From the NCBI GenBank assembly GCA_016180435.1, contig JACPBG010000001.1:216006-280005 (forward strand): DNA of 64,000 bases, written 5' to 3'. The DNA is from Candidatus Sungiibacteriota bacterium (lineage in GTDB: Bacteria > Patescibacteriota > Minisyncoccia > Sungbacterales > HO2-52-23). Shown piece by piece: positions 43,454 to 53,707 of this stretch (position 1 is its first letter; the number at the start of each line of letters is the position of its first letter). The notes beneath the pieces are model-generated. The model was not told the DNA's origin. It saw only the letters and a program-made list of their open reading frames with translations, and did no database searches. A program made the position numbers and the translations under genes.

Positions 43454-44374
43454 ATGAGAAAAAAAATATTCATAATAGGCCTGGGAGGATTAACCGGCTC
43501 CAAATTAGCCATAATGGCTCAAAATGACTATGAGGTCTTTGGCAGTTACAATCTTAGAAATCCTGAATTTACTTTTGTCAAAAGCGTAAAATTGGATATT
43601 TCAAACGTGCCTGAATTGCAAAAGGCCTTGTCAGAAATACATCCTGATATTTTGATTAATGCTTCAGGCATTAATAGCGTAGATTATTGCGAGAGCCATC
43701 AAGATGAAGCCAGAAGAATCCACATTGATGCGGTAAAATGCATATCGGAAATTGCCGATTCACTTGGTGCTAAATTTGTCCATCTTTCCTCTGACTCGGT
43801 ATTTGACGGCATGAAAGATGCGCCCTACACGGAAAAAGATAGGCCAAACCCTATCAATTTTTACGGGCATACAAAACTGGCCGGCGAGAAAATTGTATTA
43901 AAAAACTCTAAAAATTTGGTAGTGCGCGCCAGCGTGCTGTACGGATGGCTACTGAAACAATTGTCTAACTTGCCTTCCAGTTCCATGAAGCCGTCAAATT
44001 TTGGCCAGTGGCTGATCACTAAACTAATTTCCGGAGAAAAAGTGAAAATCATTGCGGACGAATACGACTCACCGATAATTGCGGATGATTTTGCCAGATC
44101 CATATTGCATCTGGTCAAGAATAATCAAGCCGGAGTTTTCCATTCCGCTCCACCCATACGAATAACCCGATACGATTTCAGTATAAAACTCGCCCATATC
44201 CTTGGTTTGAATTCCGGTCTGATCCAGCCCGTATCCAATAAAGAGTTAGGACGAATTATAACTACCGGTTTTAATAAATGCCTGGATTCAAATAAAATTA
44301 AACGAACCGGATTTAAATTTTTATCCCTTGAGGAATCGCTGAATTTACTCAAAAAACAGGTTTTTTCCACTTAA
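43454..44374 (+). CDS. NAD(P)-dependent sugar reductase, RmlD-like (dTDP-4-dehydrorhamnose reductase family)
   Basis: 306 aa; RmlD substrate-binding fold, YxxxK (YGHTK), SDSVFDG motif. Confidence 0.7.
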   Translation: MRKKIFIIGLGGLTGSKLAIMAQNDYEVFGSYNLRNPEFTFVKSVKLDISNVPELQKALSEIHPDILINASGINSVDYCESHQDEARRIHIDAVKCISEIADSLGAKFVHLSSDSVFDGMKDAPYTEKDRPNPINFYGHTKLAGEKIVLKNSKNLVVRASVLYGWLLKQLSNLPSSSMKPSNFGQWLITKLISGEKVKIIADEYDSPIIADDFARSILHLVKNNQAGVFHSAPPIRITRYDFSIKLAHILGLNSGLIQPVSNKELGRIITTGFNKCLDSNKIKRTGFKFLSLEESLNLLKKQVFST

Positions 44375-44810
44375 CCCAGTCATAATCGTCAAAAGTAACA
44401 TTTTGCATTTCATCATCATTGGGCCGCCAGGCGATGTCGGCCAGCGCCAAGACCCGCGATACTCCTTTGGATAGATTCATATGAGCCGAGGGATAATTTT
44501 TAGGCACATAAACCAAAACCGGATCATCTTCGCCTGATTCCGCTTCTTGATACTTGCCATCCTTATCTTTAACTATAAAAACAACTTTGCCGTGTATGCA
44601 GACAAAATAACTGTCGCGCCGGGTATGCAAATGCGGCCCTTTTATTTCCCCGGGATTAACTGAACTTACATATACATATTTGGGATGACTTTTAATAATA
44701 TCGTCCCAATCGCGCCAAACTACGGTCAAAGAACCGTTTACATGTTTATCCCCGATGTCCCGGGTAGAATGTTTTTCCAATTTTATAAATTGAATGATGT
44801 CATCTTTCAT
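44349..44810 (-). CDS. WxcM/FdtA-like cupin (dTDP-sugar 3,4-ketoisomerase-like)
   Basis: 153 aa; GEIKGPHLHTRRDSYFVCIHGKVVF cupin motif. Confidence 0.6.
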   Translation of the reverse strand: MKDDIIQFIKLEKHSTRDIGDKHVNGSLTVVWRDWDDIIKSHPKYVYVSSVNPGEIKGPHLHTRRDSYFVCIHGKVVFIVKDKDGKYQEAESGEDDPVLVYVPKNYPSAHMNLSKGVSRVLALADIAWRPNDDEMQNVTFDDYDWVKWKKPVF

Positions 44811-44975
44811 GTCGAGTTATAAATCATTTAAAATAAAGCATAAATAAACGGGGAGAGCACCGAACTTTGACCTAAAGTAATCAATATGCCGCCCAGAACC
44901 AAAGCCACAACTACCGGCGCAAGCCACCAGGCCTTTCTTTCTTTAAGAAAATCCCATATTTCAAATAATAATGAT

Positions 44976-46094
44976 TTATTTTGCATGATTATTTACATTA
45001 AAAAATTTCTCAACCAGTACTCTATATAATACATCACTAATTATATTATGCCCATTTTTATTAAAATGAATGCTGTCTCCCGCAAGATATATTTCTCTAA
45101 AATTTGGCGCATCAAGATACGGCAGGAGGTCAACAACCTCAATCCCATATTCCTCCCCCATCTTCTGCAATCGCTCCTGCGGCATTTTTGTCAGGTTGTA
45201 CGAATGCCGAAACTGCTCCGTTTGGGGGAAAACTATGATAATTAATTTTGCGCCAGATTTTTCGAGTTCATCGGCAAAACCAACCAATTTTTTTTCAAAT
45301 CCGGGCCAGTTTTTTGTCCACTCCTCCATCACTCCTTCTTGAAAATACCGCAGGTTATATGAATTCCGCCTAGCCGAGCGCAAAATCTCGCATACCCGGC
45401 AAATCCTAACCACCCCGTCTTTCCATGTCATCTTTTCCCGCGATCTATCTTGGCGAGATATTCCCGCCCCCTCATCTTTCAATAAATTTTCCGTATCAAG
45501 TTTCTGTTTCCTGACCTCCTCAAACGTAATTTCTCTGATATCATTTAAAAACAAACCAAGCACCACGACATCCGAATCATATTTATAGCCCTCTTCCGCA
45601 AAATATGTATATTCCTGATCAAATTCATAGCTATTCACCCCGGCTTTTATGATTTCGGTGGAAAATCCCGCTCCGGCTAATTTACGTTCAAGTTGCCGCA
45701 AATATGTATCTTCAAAACTTACTCCGGCTCCAAATGTGATTGAATCTCCCAAACCCAAGATTCTTATAACACCGGGACTTTTTTTATAATCATGTTCTCT
45801 ATCACGCAAACCCTTCGAATTAATCTCAATATAAATCTTATCATATGGCGAATTAGGAAAGTATCCCGTAAAACCCGGTTTATATTTATATCCTTTCGTT
45901 TCATCCGGCAAAAAAAGACCGGGCGGATACCCATACGAATCCGGCTGTTTTCCCCACAGGTATCGTGCCAGCGTTTCCAAAATTATAAAACAAAAAACCG
46001 AGACCCAAAAAAGCAATAAAATTTCCCTTTTCTTTGAAACAATAAATTGTGCGGCCTTTTTAATCATTGGCATACTTTTCACTATCCCACGCAT
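44976..46094 (-). CDS. SGNH/GDSL-family hydrolase (possible glycan O-acetyl esterase/transferase)
   Basis: 372 aa; N-terminal TM anchor, GDS block (LGLGDSITFG), DxxH block (GDSIHFN). Confidence 0.7.
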   Translation of the reverse strand: MRGIVKSMPMIKKAAQFIVSKKREILLLFWVSVFCFIILETLARYLWGKQPDSYGYPPGLFLPDETKGYKYKPGFTGYFPNSPYDKIYIEINSKGLRDREHDYKKSPGVIRILGLGDSITFGAGVSFEDTYLRQLERKLAGAGFSTEIIKAGVNSYEFDQEYTYFAEEGYKYDSDVVVLGLFLNDIREITFEEVRKQKLDTENLLKDEGAGISRQDRSREKMTWKDGVVRICRVCEILRSARRNSYNLRYFQEGVMEEWTKNWPGFEKKLVGFADELEKSGAKLIIIVFPQTEQFRHSYNLTKMPQERLQKMGEEYGIEVVDLLPYLDAPNFREIYLAGDSIHFNKNGHNIISDVLYRVLVEKFFNVNNHAK

Positions 46095-47823
46095 GCGCTA
46101 AATTATTTTCTCTCTTTATCAAAAAATATTCCATAACTAAATAGTCAATACCCGTCCCCATCATGCATTTATAAGCATCATAGGGCGAGCATACAATCGG
46201 TTCACCGCGTATATTGAATGAGGTATTGATGACAATAGGAATGCCGGCGCGTTTTTCTACCTCTTTAATAAGATCATAGTATAGTGGACTTTCCTTCCTA
46301 TTCACCGTCTGAAGCCGCCCGCTTCCGTCAACATGCGTCACGGACGGTATGCGCTCGCGCCATGCCTTTCTGACAGGATACACCATCAGCATAAAATCGG
46401 TCGGGGCAGGAATAGATTGGTCGCATTCAAAATAGATTTGAGCATCCTCCCGGCATACCGCCGGCGCAAACGGACGGAATTTTTCTCTGTGTTTTACTTT
46501 AGTGTTCAAAAGCTCTTGCGCATCTGGATTTTGCGGATTGGCCAAAATGCTGCGCGCGCCGAGCGCCCTCGGACCCCATTCCATCCTTCCCTGAAACCAT
46601 CCCACGACCTTATTCTCACAGATAAGCCGCGCAACATCCGCAATAAGCGATTCCCGGCCGGAAAATTCAGAATACACAATACTATGCTCATCCAGAAAAG
46701 ACCTAATTTTATTATCCGAATATACCGGCCCCAAATATGCATTCGCTAAAATAAAGTTTCTCTTATTCCCTAAAATGGTGTGGTAGATATAGGATGCCGC
46801 GCCGATGCTGGTGCCGCCATCTCCGGAATCCGGCTGTATCCAAATATTCTTAAACGGAGTGTCACGCAAAATCTTTCCATTAAATACACTGTTTAATCCG
46901 CAACCTCCGGCCATAACCAGATTGTCGCACGCCGTAATTTTATACGCATGGCGCAGTATCTTTGTCAGCGCCTCTTCAAAAATCAGCTGAAGCGCGGCAG
47001 CAATATCTTTATGGCGTTTAGTGATTTCCATCTCGGGTTTCCTCACCGGACCGCCCAAAAGCTCACAAAGTTTTTGTGACGGCATTCTATCCGCCCAGTG
47101 ATAAATAAAATAATCCATGTCCATTCTAAAACTACCATCCTCTTTTATATCCATGACTTTGCACAATTTCCCATAATATGGATTTTGGGCCTTATCCATA
47201 AGGCCGTGCGCAGAAAGTCCCATCACTTTATATTCTGAATTATTAACGCTAAAGCCAAGATATGCGGTAATAGCTGAATACAAAAGCCCCAGCGAGTGCG
47301 GAAACCGTATTTCTTTCATAAGTTTAATATCGCACGAGTCGCCCATTCCGAAAGCGGTTGTTGTCCATTCCCCTACGCCATCCACCGTCACAATGGCGGC
47401 TTTCTCAAAAGGACTAATTAAAAAAGAACTTGCGGCATGCGCCAAATGATGTTCAATGAAAAAAATAGGGCCGCCATATTTCAACCTCTTGCGGATCATA
47501 CGGGGCACTCTCAATTTCTCGTTAATCCATGAAGGTACGGAACTTATAAATGTTTTCAAACTCCGCGGAAACATCTCAAAATGCTGATAAAGCACCCGCT
47601 CAAATTTAAGAAGCGGCTTTTCATAAAAACCGACATACTGAATCGCATCAATGCCAATACCCTCGCTCTCCAAACAATAGCGTATGGCATTCAAAGGGAA
47701 CGACGAATCATGTTTTTTTCTGGTAAACCGCTCTTCTTGCGCGGCCGCGACAATAATACCGTCTTTCAGAAGAGCGGCCGAAGCATCATGATAATAACAG
47801 CTGATTCCCAATATATACATCAC
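46060..47823 (-). CDS. Carbamoyltransferase (NodU/CmcH/TobZ family)
   Basis: 587 aa; N-terminal ILGISCYYHDASAALLKDG (Carbam_trans_N) and C-terminal domain. Confidence 0.85.
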   Translation of the reverse strand: MMYILGISCYYHDASAALLKDGIIVAAAQEERFTRKKHDSSFPLNAIRYCLESEGIGIDAIQYVGFYEKPLLKFERVLYQHFEMFPRSLKTFISSVPSWINEKLRVPRMIRKRLKYGGPIFFIEHHLAHAASSFLISPFEKAAIVTVDGVGEWTTTAFGMGDSCDIKLMKEIRFPHSLGLLYSAITAYLGFSVNNSEYKVMGLSAHGLMDKAQNPYYGKLCKVMDIKEDGSFRMDMDYFIYHWADRMPSQKLCELLGGPVRKPEMEITKRHKDIAAALQLIFEEALTKILRHAYKITACDNLVMAGGCGLNSVFNGKILRDTPFKNIWIQPDSGDGGTSIGAASYIYHTILGNKRNFILANAYLGPVYSDNKIRSFLDEHSIVYSEFSGRESLIADVARLICENKVVGWFQGRMEWGPRALGARSILANPQNPDAQELLNTKVKHREKFRPFAPAVCREDAQIYFECDQSIPAPTDFMLMVYPVRKAWRERIPSVTHVDGSGRLQTVNRKESPLYYDLIKEVEKRAGIPIVINTSFNIRGEPIVCSPYDAYKCMMGTGIDYLVMEYFLIKRENNLAHAWDSEKYAND

Positions 47824-47838
47824 AGTGATGAATTGCAG

Positions 47839-48081
47839 CTAAAATTGCCTGTAGTATTTTTCAATCGGTTTTTTACCAAGATTTAAATCAATCCAGTACG
47901 TTTTTGCCTCTCTATGCAATTTGAGGTCCAAAAAATGCTTTTTCCTCAATCGCGCGATAAATACAGTCGGCCCTATTGCAATAAAATAAACCAGTGACAA
48001 AATCAGGCTATTTATAAGATAGCTGATCGTATGCCCCAGCATGCCCATCCCTTTATAAAATCCTGAAAAAAAGTGTTTCAT
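47839..48081 (-). CDS. Small membrane protein (possibly SxtJ/SxtK-like carbamoyltransferase-associated)
   Basis: 80 aa, one or two TM helices, directly downstream of carbamoyltransferase. Confidence 0.3.
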   Translation of the reverse strand: MKHFFSGFYKGMGMLGHTISYLINSLILSLVYFIAIGPTVFIARLRKKHFLDLKLHREAKTYWIDLNLGKKPIEKYYRQF

Positions 48082-48086
48082 ATTAT

Positions 48087-48296
48087 TTATGAAATTAACT
48101 TCTTCACGCCTTGTCCGACAAGAACCGCGCTGGACGCGATACCGAAAGCATAGATGAAATCGAGAAAATGAAATTCATACCGCCTAGTGTAAAAAAACAA
48201 AAAATATAATACCGCCGAAAAAATGAAAAAGGAGAAGAGAAAACCGCAAATTCTCCCTGCCGTAAAAACAACCGATGTTTTTGATTCAAAATTCAT
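48087..48296 (-). CDS. Small membrane protein
   Basis: 69 aa, two hydrophobic helices. Confidence 0.3.
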   Translation of the reverse strand: MNFESKTSVVFTAGRICGFLFSFFIFSAVLYFLFFYTRRYEFHFLDFIYAFGIASSAVLVGQGVKKLIS

Positions 48297-48358
48297 AAAT
48301 TATCACAACACCCGTAGAATAAGCGTTTGATATATGTTATAACTAAAATATACTACTT

Positions 48359-49615
48359 ATGATAACATCAAATCTTGAGCCGAACAACCCGAATCAGCGC
48401 CCTTTTTTCTCCGTTATTATCCCCACCCTCGGAAAAATTGAGGGGTGGAAATTATCCATCCAATCCATACTTGAGCAAACCTTCAATGATTTTGAACTAA
48501 TCGCCATTGATTCAGGGCCAGAAACAGAAAGCCGTCCGATCGTAGAAAAATTAAATGATCCCCGAATCAAATATGTAAATACCGATGGGCAAGATCCGCG
48601 GCTTAATTGGGATGTAGGATTCAAAAATGCAAAAGGAGAATATATTATCTGGGCGGAAGACGATAATTACCTCCTACCCAGTGAACTCACAGAATTTGCG
48701 AATGCCATTTCAAAAACTGACGCTGATTTCATAACAGCCGAACACATTCACTGGAGAGGACTTGAGCATCCTCTTAAACGAGCGCGGAATTGCCTGATAA
48801 TCAGAAAAGGCCTTTTCAGCGGAGAAATAACTCCGCTGGACGCTAAAAATGTTATCCGCAGAATATTTGATCTGCCATATAAAGGAAAATTCGTCAGCAT
48901 CCATTTTTCGGCAACCGCAGTTAAAAAAGAGCTGGCCGAAAAACTTATGAATAAAATAAAGGAAATAAATTTTGGAACAACCGGCTCCCATGCGCTTCGT
49001 ATCGGACTCGTCGCACTTGCAAAAAATGCCTATCATATTGACCAGCCGCTGGCAATTGTCGGACAATCGGGTACATCTATGTCGGATGTATGGCCCAAAC
49101 CATTTTCAAAAATAAAACGTCCGGAATTCAAATTTATTTTAAGCCCGGTAAGGGCCAACACATACACGAACTACCGGCTGGAAAATCACTTGCTTATTAA
49201 AAAATATCTGCCGGATGAACTTGCCGAATTTCCAATTGACTACCATAGATTTTTTCGTACGTATCACAAAGAACTTGCACATCTAGATTTATCCTGGAAA
49301 GAAACTATCGCAAAATGGAATGAACTTTTCTATTATGTAAACATATCGGAAGACCAAAATATAAAAAAACTAAAAAGAGAAATAAACATATCTTTTTTAC
49401 GAGGTCTGATTATCAAATTGATGCGCGTATTAAAAATATATGGACTTATTAAAAACGTACTTGAAAGAGTACGCATGCCCAAAGGAGGAATAGAAATTTC
49501 TCTATTTCCATATGAAGTAACTAATATACAAGAGTGCTCTCACAAACTTCCCGAAATCATCAAAAAGGAAATTCCCGAGATTTCAAAATTTTTCCCGCAA
49601 AAAACTATTGCATAA
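48359..49615 (+). CDS. Glycosyltransferase family 2
   Basis: 418 aa; N-terminal FSVIIPTLGK ... DSG ... EDDNY (DXD-like) GT-A motifs. Confidence 0.7.
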   Translation: MITSNLEPNNPNQRPFFSVIIPTLGKIEGWKLSIQSILEQTFNDFELIAIDSGPETESRPIVEKLNDPRIKYVNTDGQDPRLNWDVGFKNAKGEYIIWAEDDNYLLPSELTEFANAISKTDADFITAEHIHWRGLEHPLKRARNCLIIRKGLFSGEITPLDAKNVIRRIFDLPYKGKFVSIHFSATAVKKELAEKLMNKIKEINFGTTGSHALRIGLVALAKNAYHIDQPLAIVGQSGTSMSDVWPKPFSKIKRPEFKFILSPVRANTYTNYRLENHLLIKKYLPDELAEFPIDYHRFFRTYHKELAHLDLSWKETIAKWNELFYYVNISEDQNIKKLKREINISFLRGLIIKLMRVLKIYGLIKNVLERVRMPKGGIEISLFPYEVTNIQECSHKLPEIIKKEIPEISKFFPQKTIA

Positions 49616-49702
49616 ATCCCGTTACATTTCAACGTAATATTGAACTACGCAGAAATGATCTAAAATCTTATTGTGGTATCTCAACGGTGAAACCGCGGCG
49701 TT

Positions 49703-52198
49703 TTAAAAATGTAACGGGATAAATCCAACCGATCGCAACCACTTGGCCTCCCCCATTATCCCTTCATAACGAACGGTGACAGTATGAAAACCGGACGGCA
49801 CGGCCAGCGCCATATATAAACCGTTGGCTCTGACAATTTCCGCCGGAACGCCGTCAATTTCCGCCTGCCAACCCGGAAGATTGCTTTCGGAAACCACAAG
49901 CCAAGCGTCTTTTTTTGATTTGGTTTTAAATTCAAAAAAGCCGTTGCGCAATACAAATTCGGAAATACCGGCGTCATCCGCGGCAATAATACCTGACGCG
50001 CATTTAACACAATCAATATAGGTGATCTGCGAAAAATCTCTTTTTTCTTTTTGCCTAAGTTCCGTCAAAGATCCGTGCGGGAATTCAAAAACTTTTTTGG
50101 CAAAATAAAATCTGGGAAGAGCATTTTTGTTCTCATATATATAGAGAGGAATTTTGTAAGCGGAAACCTCCCGGATGCCGCGCAGTAAAAGATCGGGGTG
50201 CGCCAACCGAACTCCGGAAACAATATATTTCCCGGCCATCATGCCGAGCATATCCAGATTGGCCAAAAGCCGCTGCGTGTTTTCGCTATTGGAAAAACGC
50301 GCGGTGCCGTATTCTCCTCCGCGGGTACTGCCCAACGCCACCAGCGTGTCAAACAAATCCTGCGGAAGAATGGGGTCATACCCATCCACCGACGGCATCA
50401 CCAGCATATTTATATTGGTCCAGCCGCTTATATTTTTTAGTTGAGCAGATGCGCGCAATTGCTCAATTGAGGGTCTATATTCGGAAGTCACAACTTCACT
50501 GAATTTTCCCCGATCAAGCAAAAATGGAAAAGTCCGGTACAACATGCGCTCCTCGGCCGGAACGAATTTGTCAAAAAGAGCGCTGCGCGATCCAAGTTCG
50601 GATTGCGGCATCGCGCCAATTTCAATTGATGCTTTCATGATAACCACAAACAAAAACAGTGAAATTGCGTATCCGGCCCGGCTGAATAAATAATATCCGA
50701 TCCGTTTCCATATGAAAAGAACCGTCAGAATAAAACTGCTGATAAGGCCCAGAAACGGCAGTAGAAAATAAACATCCGAAAAAGAAAGAAACGCGCGCCA
50801 AGCCGCCAGACCGCGTAAAATCGCATCCTGATAATGAATCGGGTCCTTATCATATCCAAAATTTCCGTAGATAAATTTAGAGAAGACAATCTGCAAAAAA
50901 TCCCCTATTTGTTTCCAAAAAGCTCCGCCAAATATATTTAACGAAACAACCAGAAGAGAAAAAGCGCCGATTCCAGCGCCCAGAAACACAAACATCTTTC
51001 TCATCGTTTTTTCTTCGCGCAAGTCCCGCATAAGATCAAACCCAACGGCTCCGAGGCAAGCCAGATAAAACGTTCCCGCAAACATCCATTTATGCATATA
51101 CCGGAAAAGATTAAACACCGGCAATTGCTGTAAAAAATATGAGATGGGCGATTTTTCAAAAGCAATAGCCAGCGCAACCAGATACACGCCGGCAAACACC
51201 GCCGCCACCGCAATATTACGCCGCGCTCCATTGTTCTCCGGCGCCACGCTCCGTCCGGCTTTGGTCTTCACTATCAACATAACTGCGGCAATTGCCGAAA
51301 AAAATATAAAAACGCCCACATACATGCTCTTTACGCCCACCGAAATATACGGAAAATATAGATAATTGGGAAAGAAAAGCAGGATAAAATCGCCGATCTT
51401 AATGCCGCTCCCCAGCGCAGTTGCCAAATCTATGCCTTCGGAGCGGACGCTCAAAGAAATGTATCTAAACACCGGCAAAATCAGGGGAAGCGCCACTGCC
51501 AGCCCCACGGCAACCATTGGAATAATAAAATATAACCACTCCTTCAGAACATTTAACCATCCCAACCGTTCCACCGCAAAAAGATAAATAAAAACGAATG
51601 CCCCGAAAAGAAACAGTGAATAAACCGCCATTTGAGGGTATCCGCCCAAAAACACAAATCCAACTCCGGCCCCGGCAATAATTTTCCAGAACCAGGGCCG
51701 CGTCACTCCGGAACGCATTCGCAAAAATATCCAGATAAGAAATGGGGTTAAAAAGAAAACATTCGCCACCCAAAGATTTGCCAAAAAATTTATAGTAAAA
51801 GACGAGAGGTAAGCGATGCCTATCAAACTTGAAGCCAAACGCGACAGTTTGAGCGCGCGCCCGGCCATATAAGAAAAAAAGAGCGTCAGAAAATAATTAA
51901 TAAAAAGGCGCAAATGCACTCCGTCTATACCCTCCAGATACGAAAAAATTATGCGATTCAAAGGATCTAAAAATCCTCCGGCATGGCCCAGATATAAAGG
52001 TGATCCGGAAAATGTCCAGGGGCTCCATAAAAAAGAATCTCCCCGCCGGAGGGCATCGTGATAAAAATCAAAATAGGGATAAAAGATGGAGGCGGTGTCC
52101 AGATGTGCAAACACCCAATCCTGAAAAAAGATCGGGAAAAATGCGATTATAAGCAATATCGCAAAAAAAATGATGATTCCGAGGTCTTGCTTTTGCAT
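49703..52198 (-). CDS. YfhO-family polytopic membrane protein (putative lipid-linked glycan/teichoic-acid glycosylation)
   Basis: 831 aa; many TM helices, C-terminal beta-rich domain ending SNLPGWQAEIDG...VRYEG, paralogous to 61863-63950. Confidence 0.55.
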   Translation of the reverse strand: MQKQDLGIIIFFAILLIIAFFPIFFQDWVFAHLDTASIFYPYFDFYHDALRRGDSFLWSPWTFSGSPLYLGHAGGFLDPLNRIIFSYLEGIDGVHLRLFINYFLTLFFSYMAGRALKLSRLASSLIGIAYLSSFTINFLANLWVANVFFLTPFLIWIFLRMRSGVTRPWFWKIIAGAGVGFVFLGGYPQMAVYSLFLFGAFVFIYLFAVERLGWLNVLKEWLYFIIPMVAVGLAVALPLILPVFRYISLSVRSEGIDLATALGSGIKIGDFILLFFPNYLYFPYISVGVKSMYVGVFIFFSAIAAVMLIVKTKAGRSVAPENNGARRNIAVAAVFAGVYLVALAIAFEKSPISYFLQQLPVFNLFRYMHKWMFAGTFYLACLGAVGFDLMRDLREEKTMRKMFVFLGAGIGAFSLLVVSLNIFGGAFWKQIGDFLQIVFSKFIYGNFGYDKDPIHYQDAILRGLAAWRAFLSFSDVYFLLPFLGLISSFILTVLFIWKRIGYYLFSRAGYAISLFLFVVIMKASIEIGAMPQSELGSRSALFDKFVPAEERMLYRTFPFLLDRGKFSEVVTSEYRPSIEQLRASAQLKNISGWTNINMLVMPSVDGYDPILPQDLFDTLVALGSTRGGEYGTARFSNSENTQRLLANLDMLGMMAGKYIVSGVRLAHPDLLLRGIREVSAYKIPLYIYENKNALPRFYFAKKVFEFPHGSLTELRQKEKRDFSQITYIDCVKCASGIIAADDAGISEFVLRNGFFEFKTKSKKDAWLVVSESNLPGWQAEIDGVPAEIVRANGLYMALAVPSGFHTVTVRYEGIMGEAKWLRSVGFIPLHF

Positions 52199-52233
52199 AC
52201 GATTATGCGTTAATATAGGCGGGATAGCTATAA

Positions 52234-52440
52234 ACCCCGTTAGAAACGGGCGCTTCGCCCCGTTAGAGATTTATAGAGTATTGAACCCATTTAAGAAAAA
52301 AATCATATTTTCACTTATATAGTCGGGGTCTTGTCGCGCCATATCTCTAACGGGGTGAGCGACCTGCCAATGAAAGCATTATACTCCCATCAGCTATTTC
52401 TATCTCTACCGCGACAGAGTCGGTGGCGTTCTAACGGGGT
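52234..52440. mobile_element. Nested pair of small TIR elements (outer ACCCCGTTAGAAA...GTTCTAACGGGGT; inner CCCCGTTAGAGAT...ATCTCTAACGGGG at 52257-52354)
   Basis: Inner element sits 10 bp inside the left end of the outer element; inner TIR variant (GTTAGAGAT) is identical to copy a at 26184. Confidence 0.65.
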
Positions 52441-52498
52441 AAAACAAATAAGACGAAATCAATGTTTTATCAGTAGTAACTAAATCTGCTGAAATTTT

Positions 52499-53539
52499 AT
52501 GCGACTATTGATTACCGGTGGATCAGGGTTTATGGGATCAAACTTCATCCGCTACCTTTACAACGCCTACAAAACGGCGCGTATTTGGAATTTGGATCTT
52601 TTAACTTACGCCGGCAATCCGGAAAATCTTGCTGATATTGAAGCAACTGAATCAAAAATGCCGGATGATGAACGCCGCTATACTTTTATCAAAGGCGACG
52701 TGGCAGACCGAGAACTGATCCAGCGCCTGTTTGAAGAAAATGAATTTGATACGGTATTCAATTTCGCCGCTGAAAGCCATGTGGATCGCTCCATCGTGAA
52801 CTCGGTTAATTTCATACGCACCAATATCCAGGGAACCCATACGCTTTTGGATGCGGCCCGGAATTTTAATACTCCTCATTTCATTCACGTATCAACGGAC
52901 GAGGTCTACGGAGACCGCCTGGAGGGATCGGCAGATGAGAAGACCCTGCTTAAACCCTCCAATCCATATTCGGCGTCCAAGGCCGGAGCGGACTTCCTGG
53001 CCCAGGCATATATCAGAACCTATAATCTTCCCATAACCATAATACGCTCATGCAATAATTTCGGGCCCTATCAATATCCGGAAAAATTAATACCCCTTAC
53101 CATTACCAACCTTCTGGAGGGAAAAAAGGTTCCGGTCCATGGCAGCGGCCTGCATGTCCGAAGCTGGATTTATGTAAAGGATTTCTGCGAGGCCCTGGAT
53201 GCCATCTGGCAAAAAGCCCATACGCGAGAAATTTACAACATAGGCGGAGTTGAGAAAAAAAATATGGATATAGTGGCGCATATCGCATCCTGCCTGCAAA
53301 AAGACGCCCACGCCTGGATAGAACATGTAAACGACCGCCCGGGACAGGACGTCCGCTACTCAATAACGCACGCCAAACTAAAATCCCACATAGGATGGGA
53401 GCCAAAATACGAATACAAAACCGCGTTTGCGGATACTATAAACTGGTATCTTGCCAACCCTGAATGGTGGAAAAAAATACGCGATACCAAAGAATTTACG
53501 GATCATCTGGATCTTCAATCCAAAGGAATGCGATTTTGA
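52499..53539 (+). CDS. rfbB: dTDP-glucose 4,6-dehydratase
   Basis: 346 aa; TGGSGFMGSN, YxxxK (YSASK), characteristic RmlB regions. Confidence 0.9.
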   Translation: MRLLITGGSGFMGSNFIRYLYNAYKTARIWNLDLLTYAGNPENLADIEATESKMPDDERRYTFIKGDVADRELIQRLFEENEFDTVFNFAAESHVDRSIVNSVNFIRTNIQGTHTLLDAARNFNTPHFIHVSTDEVYGDRLEGSADEKTLLKPSNPYSASKAGADFLAQAYIRTYNLPITIIRSCNNFGPYQYPEKLIPLTITNLLEGKKVPVHGSGLHVRSWIYVKDFCEALDAIWQKAHTREIYNIGGVEKKNMDIVAHIASCLQKDAHAWIEHVNDRPGQDVRYSITHAKLKSHIGWEPKYEYKTAFADTINWYLANPEWWKKIRDTKEFTDHLDLQSKGMRF

Positions 53540-53547
53540 TAAACCAT

Positions 53548-53704
53548 TTAATAACCCCATATTCTGCTGCAATTGCAATATTTCGGCTGCGGCGCCCAAC
53601 GGCTCAAACTCGCCGTATCAACCGATACGCCTCGTTTTCCGCCGGGGCGTCTCGCTCGAAATATTGCAATTTCGCAACGAAAGAGGGTTATTAAACGGTT
53701 TCTA
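53548..53704. mobile_element. 157-bp element with ~38-bp imperfect TIRs (TTAATAACCC...GCAATTGCAATATTTCG / CGAAATATTGCAATTTCGC...GGGTTATTAA)
   Basis: Fills exactly the space between convergent rfbB and GT2 genes; long inverted arms with ~70-nt GC-rich interior; alternatively a giant bidirectional terminator-like hairpin. Confidence 0.5.
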
Positions 53705-53707
53705 ACC

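Noticed and set aside
26184-52440. Integron attC sites (TIR cores GTTAGAA / TTCTAAC resemble GTTRRRY / RYYYAAC)
   Set aside because: Core-like motifs are in the opposite orientation relative to attC ends, elements are dispersed rather than in a cassette array, and no intI integrase or attI is present in the window
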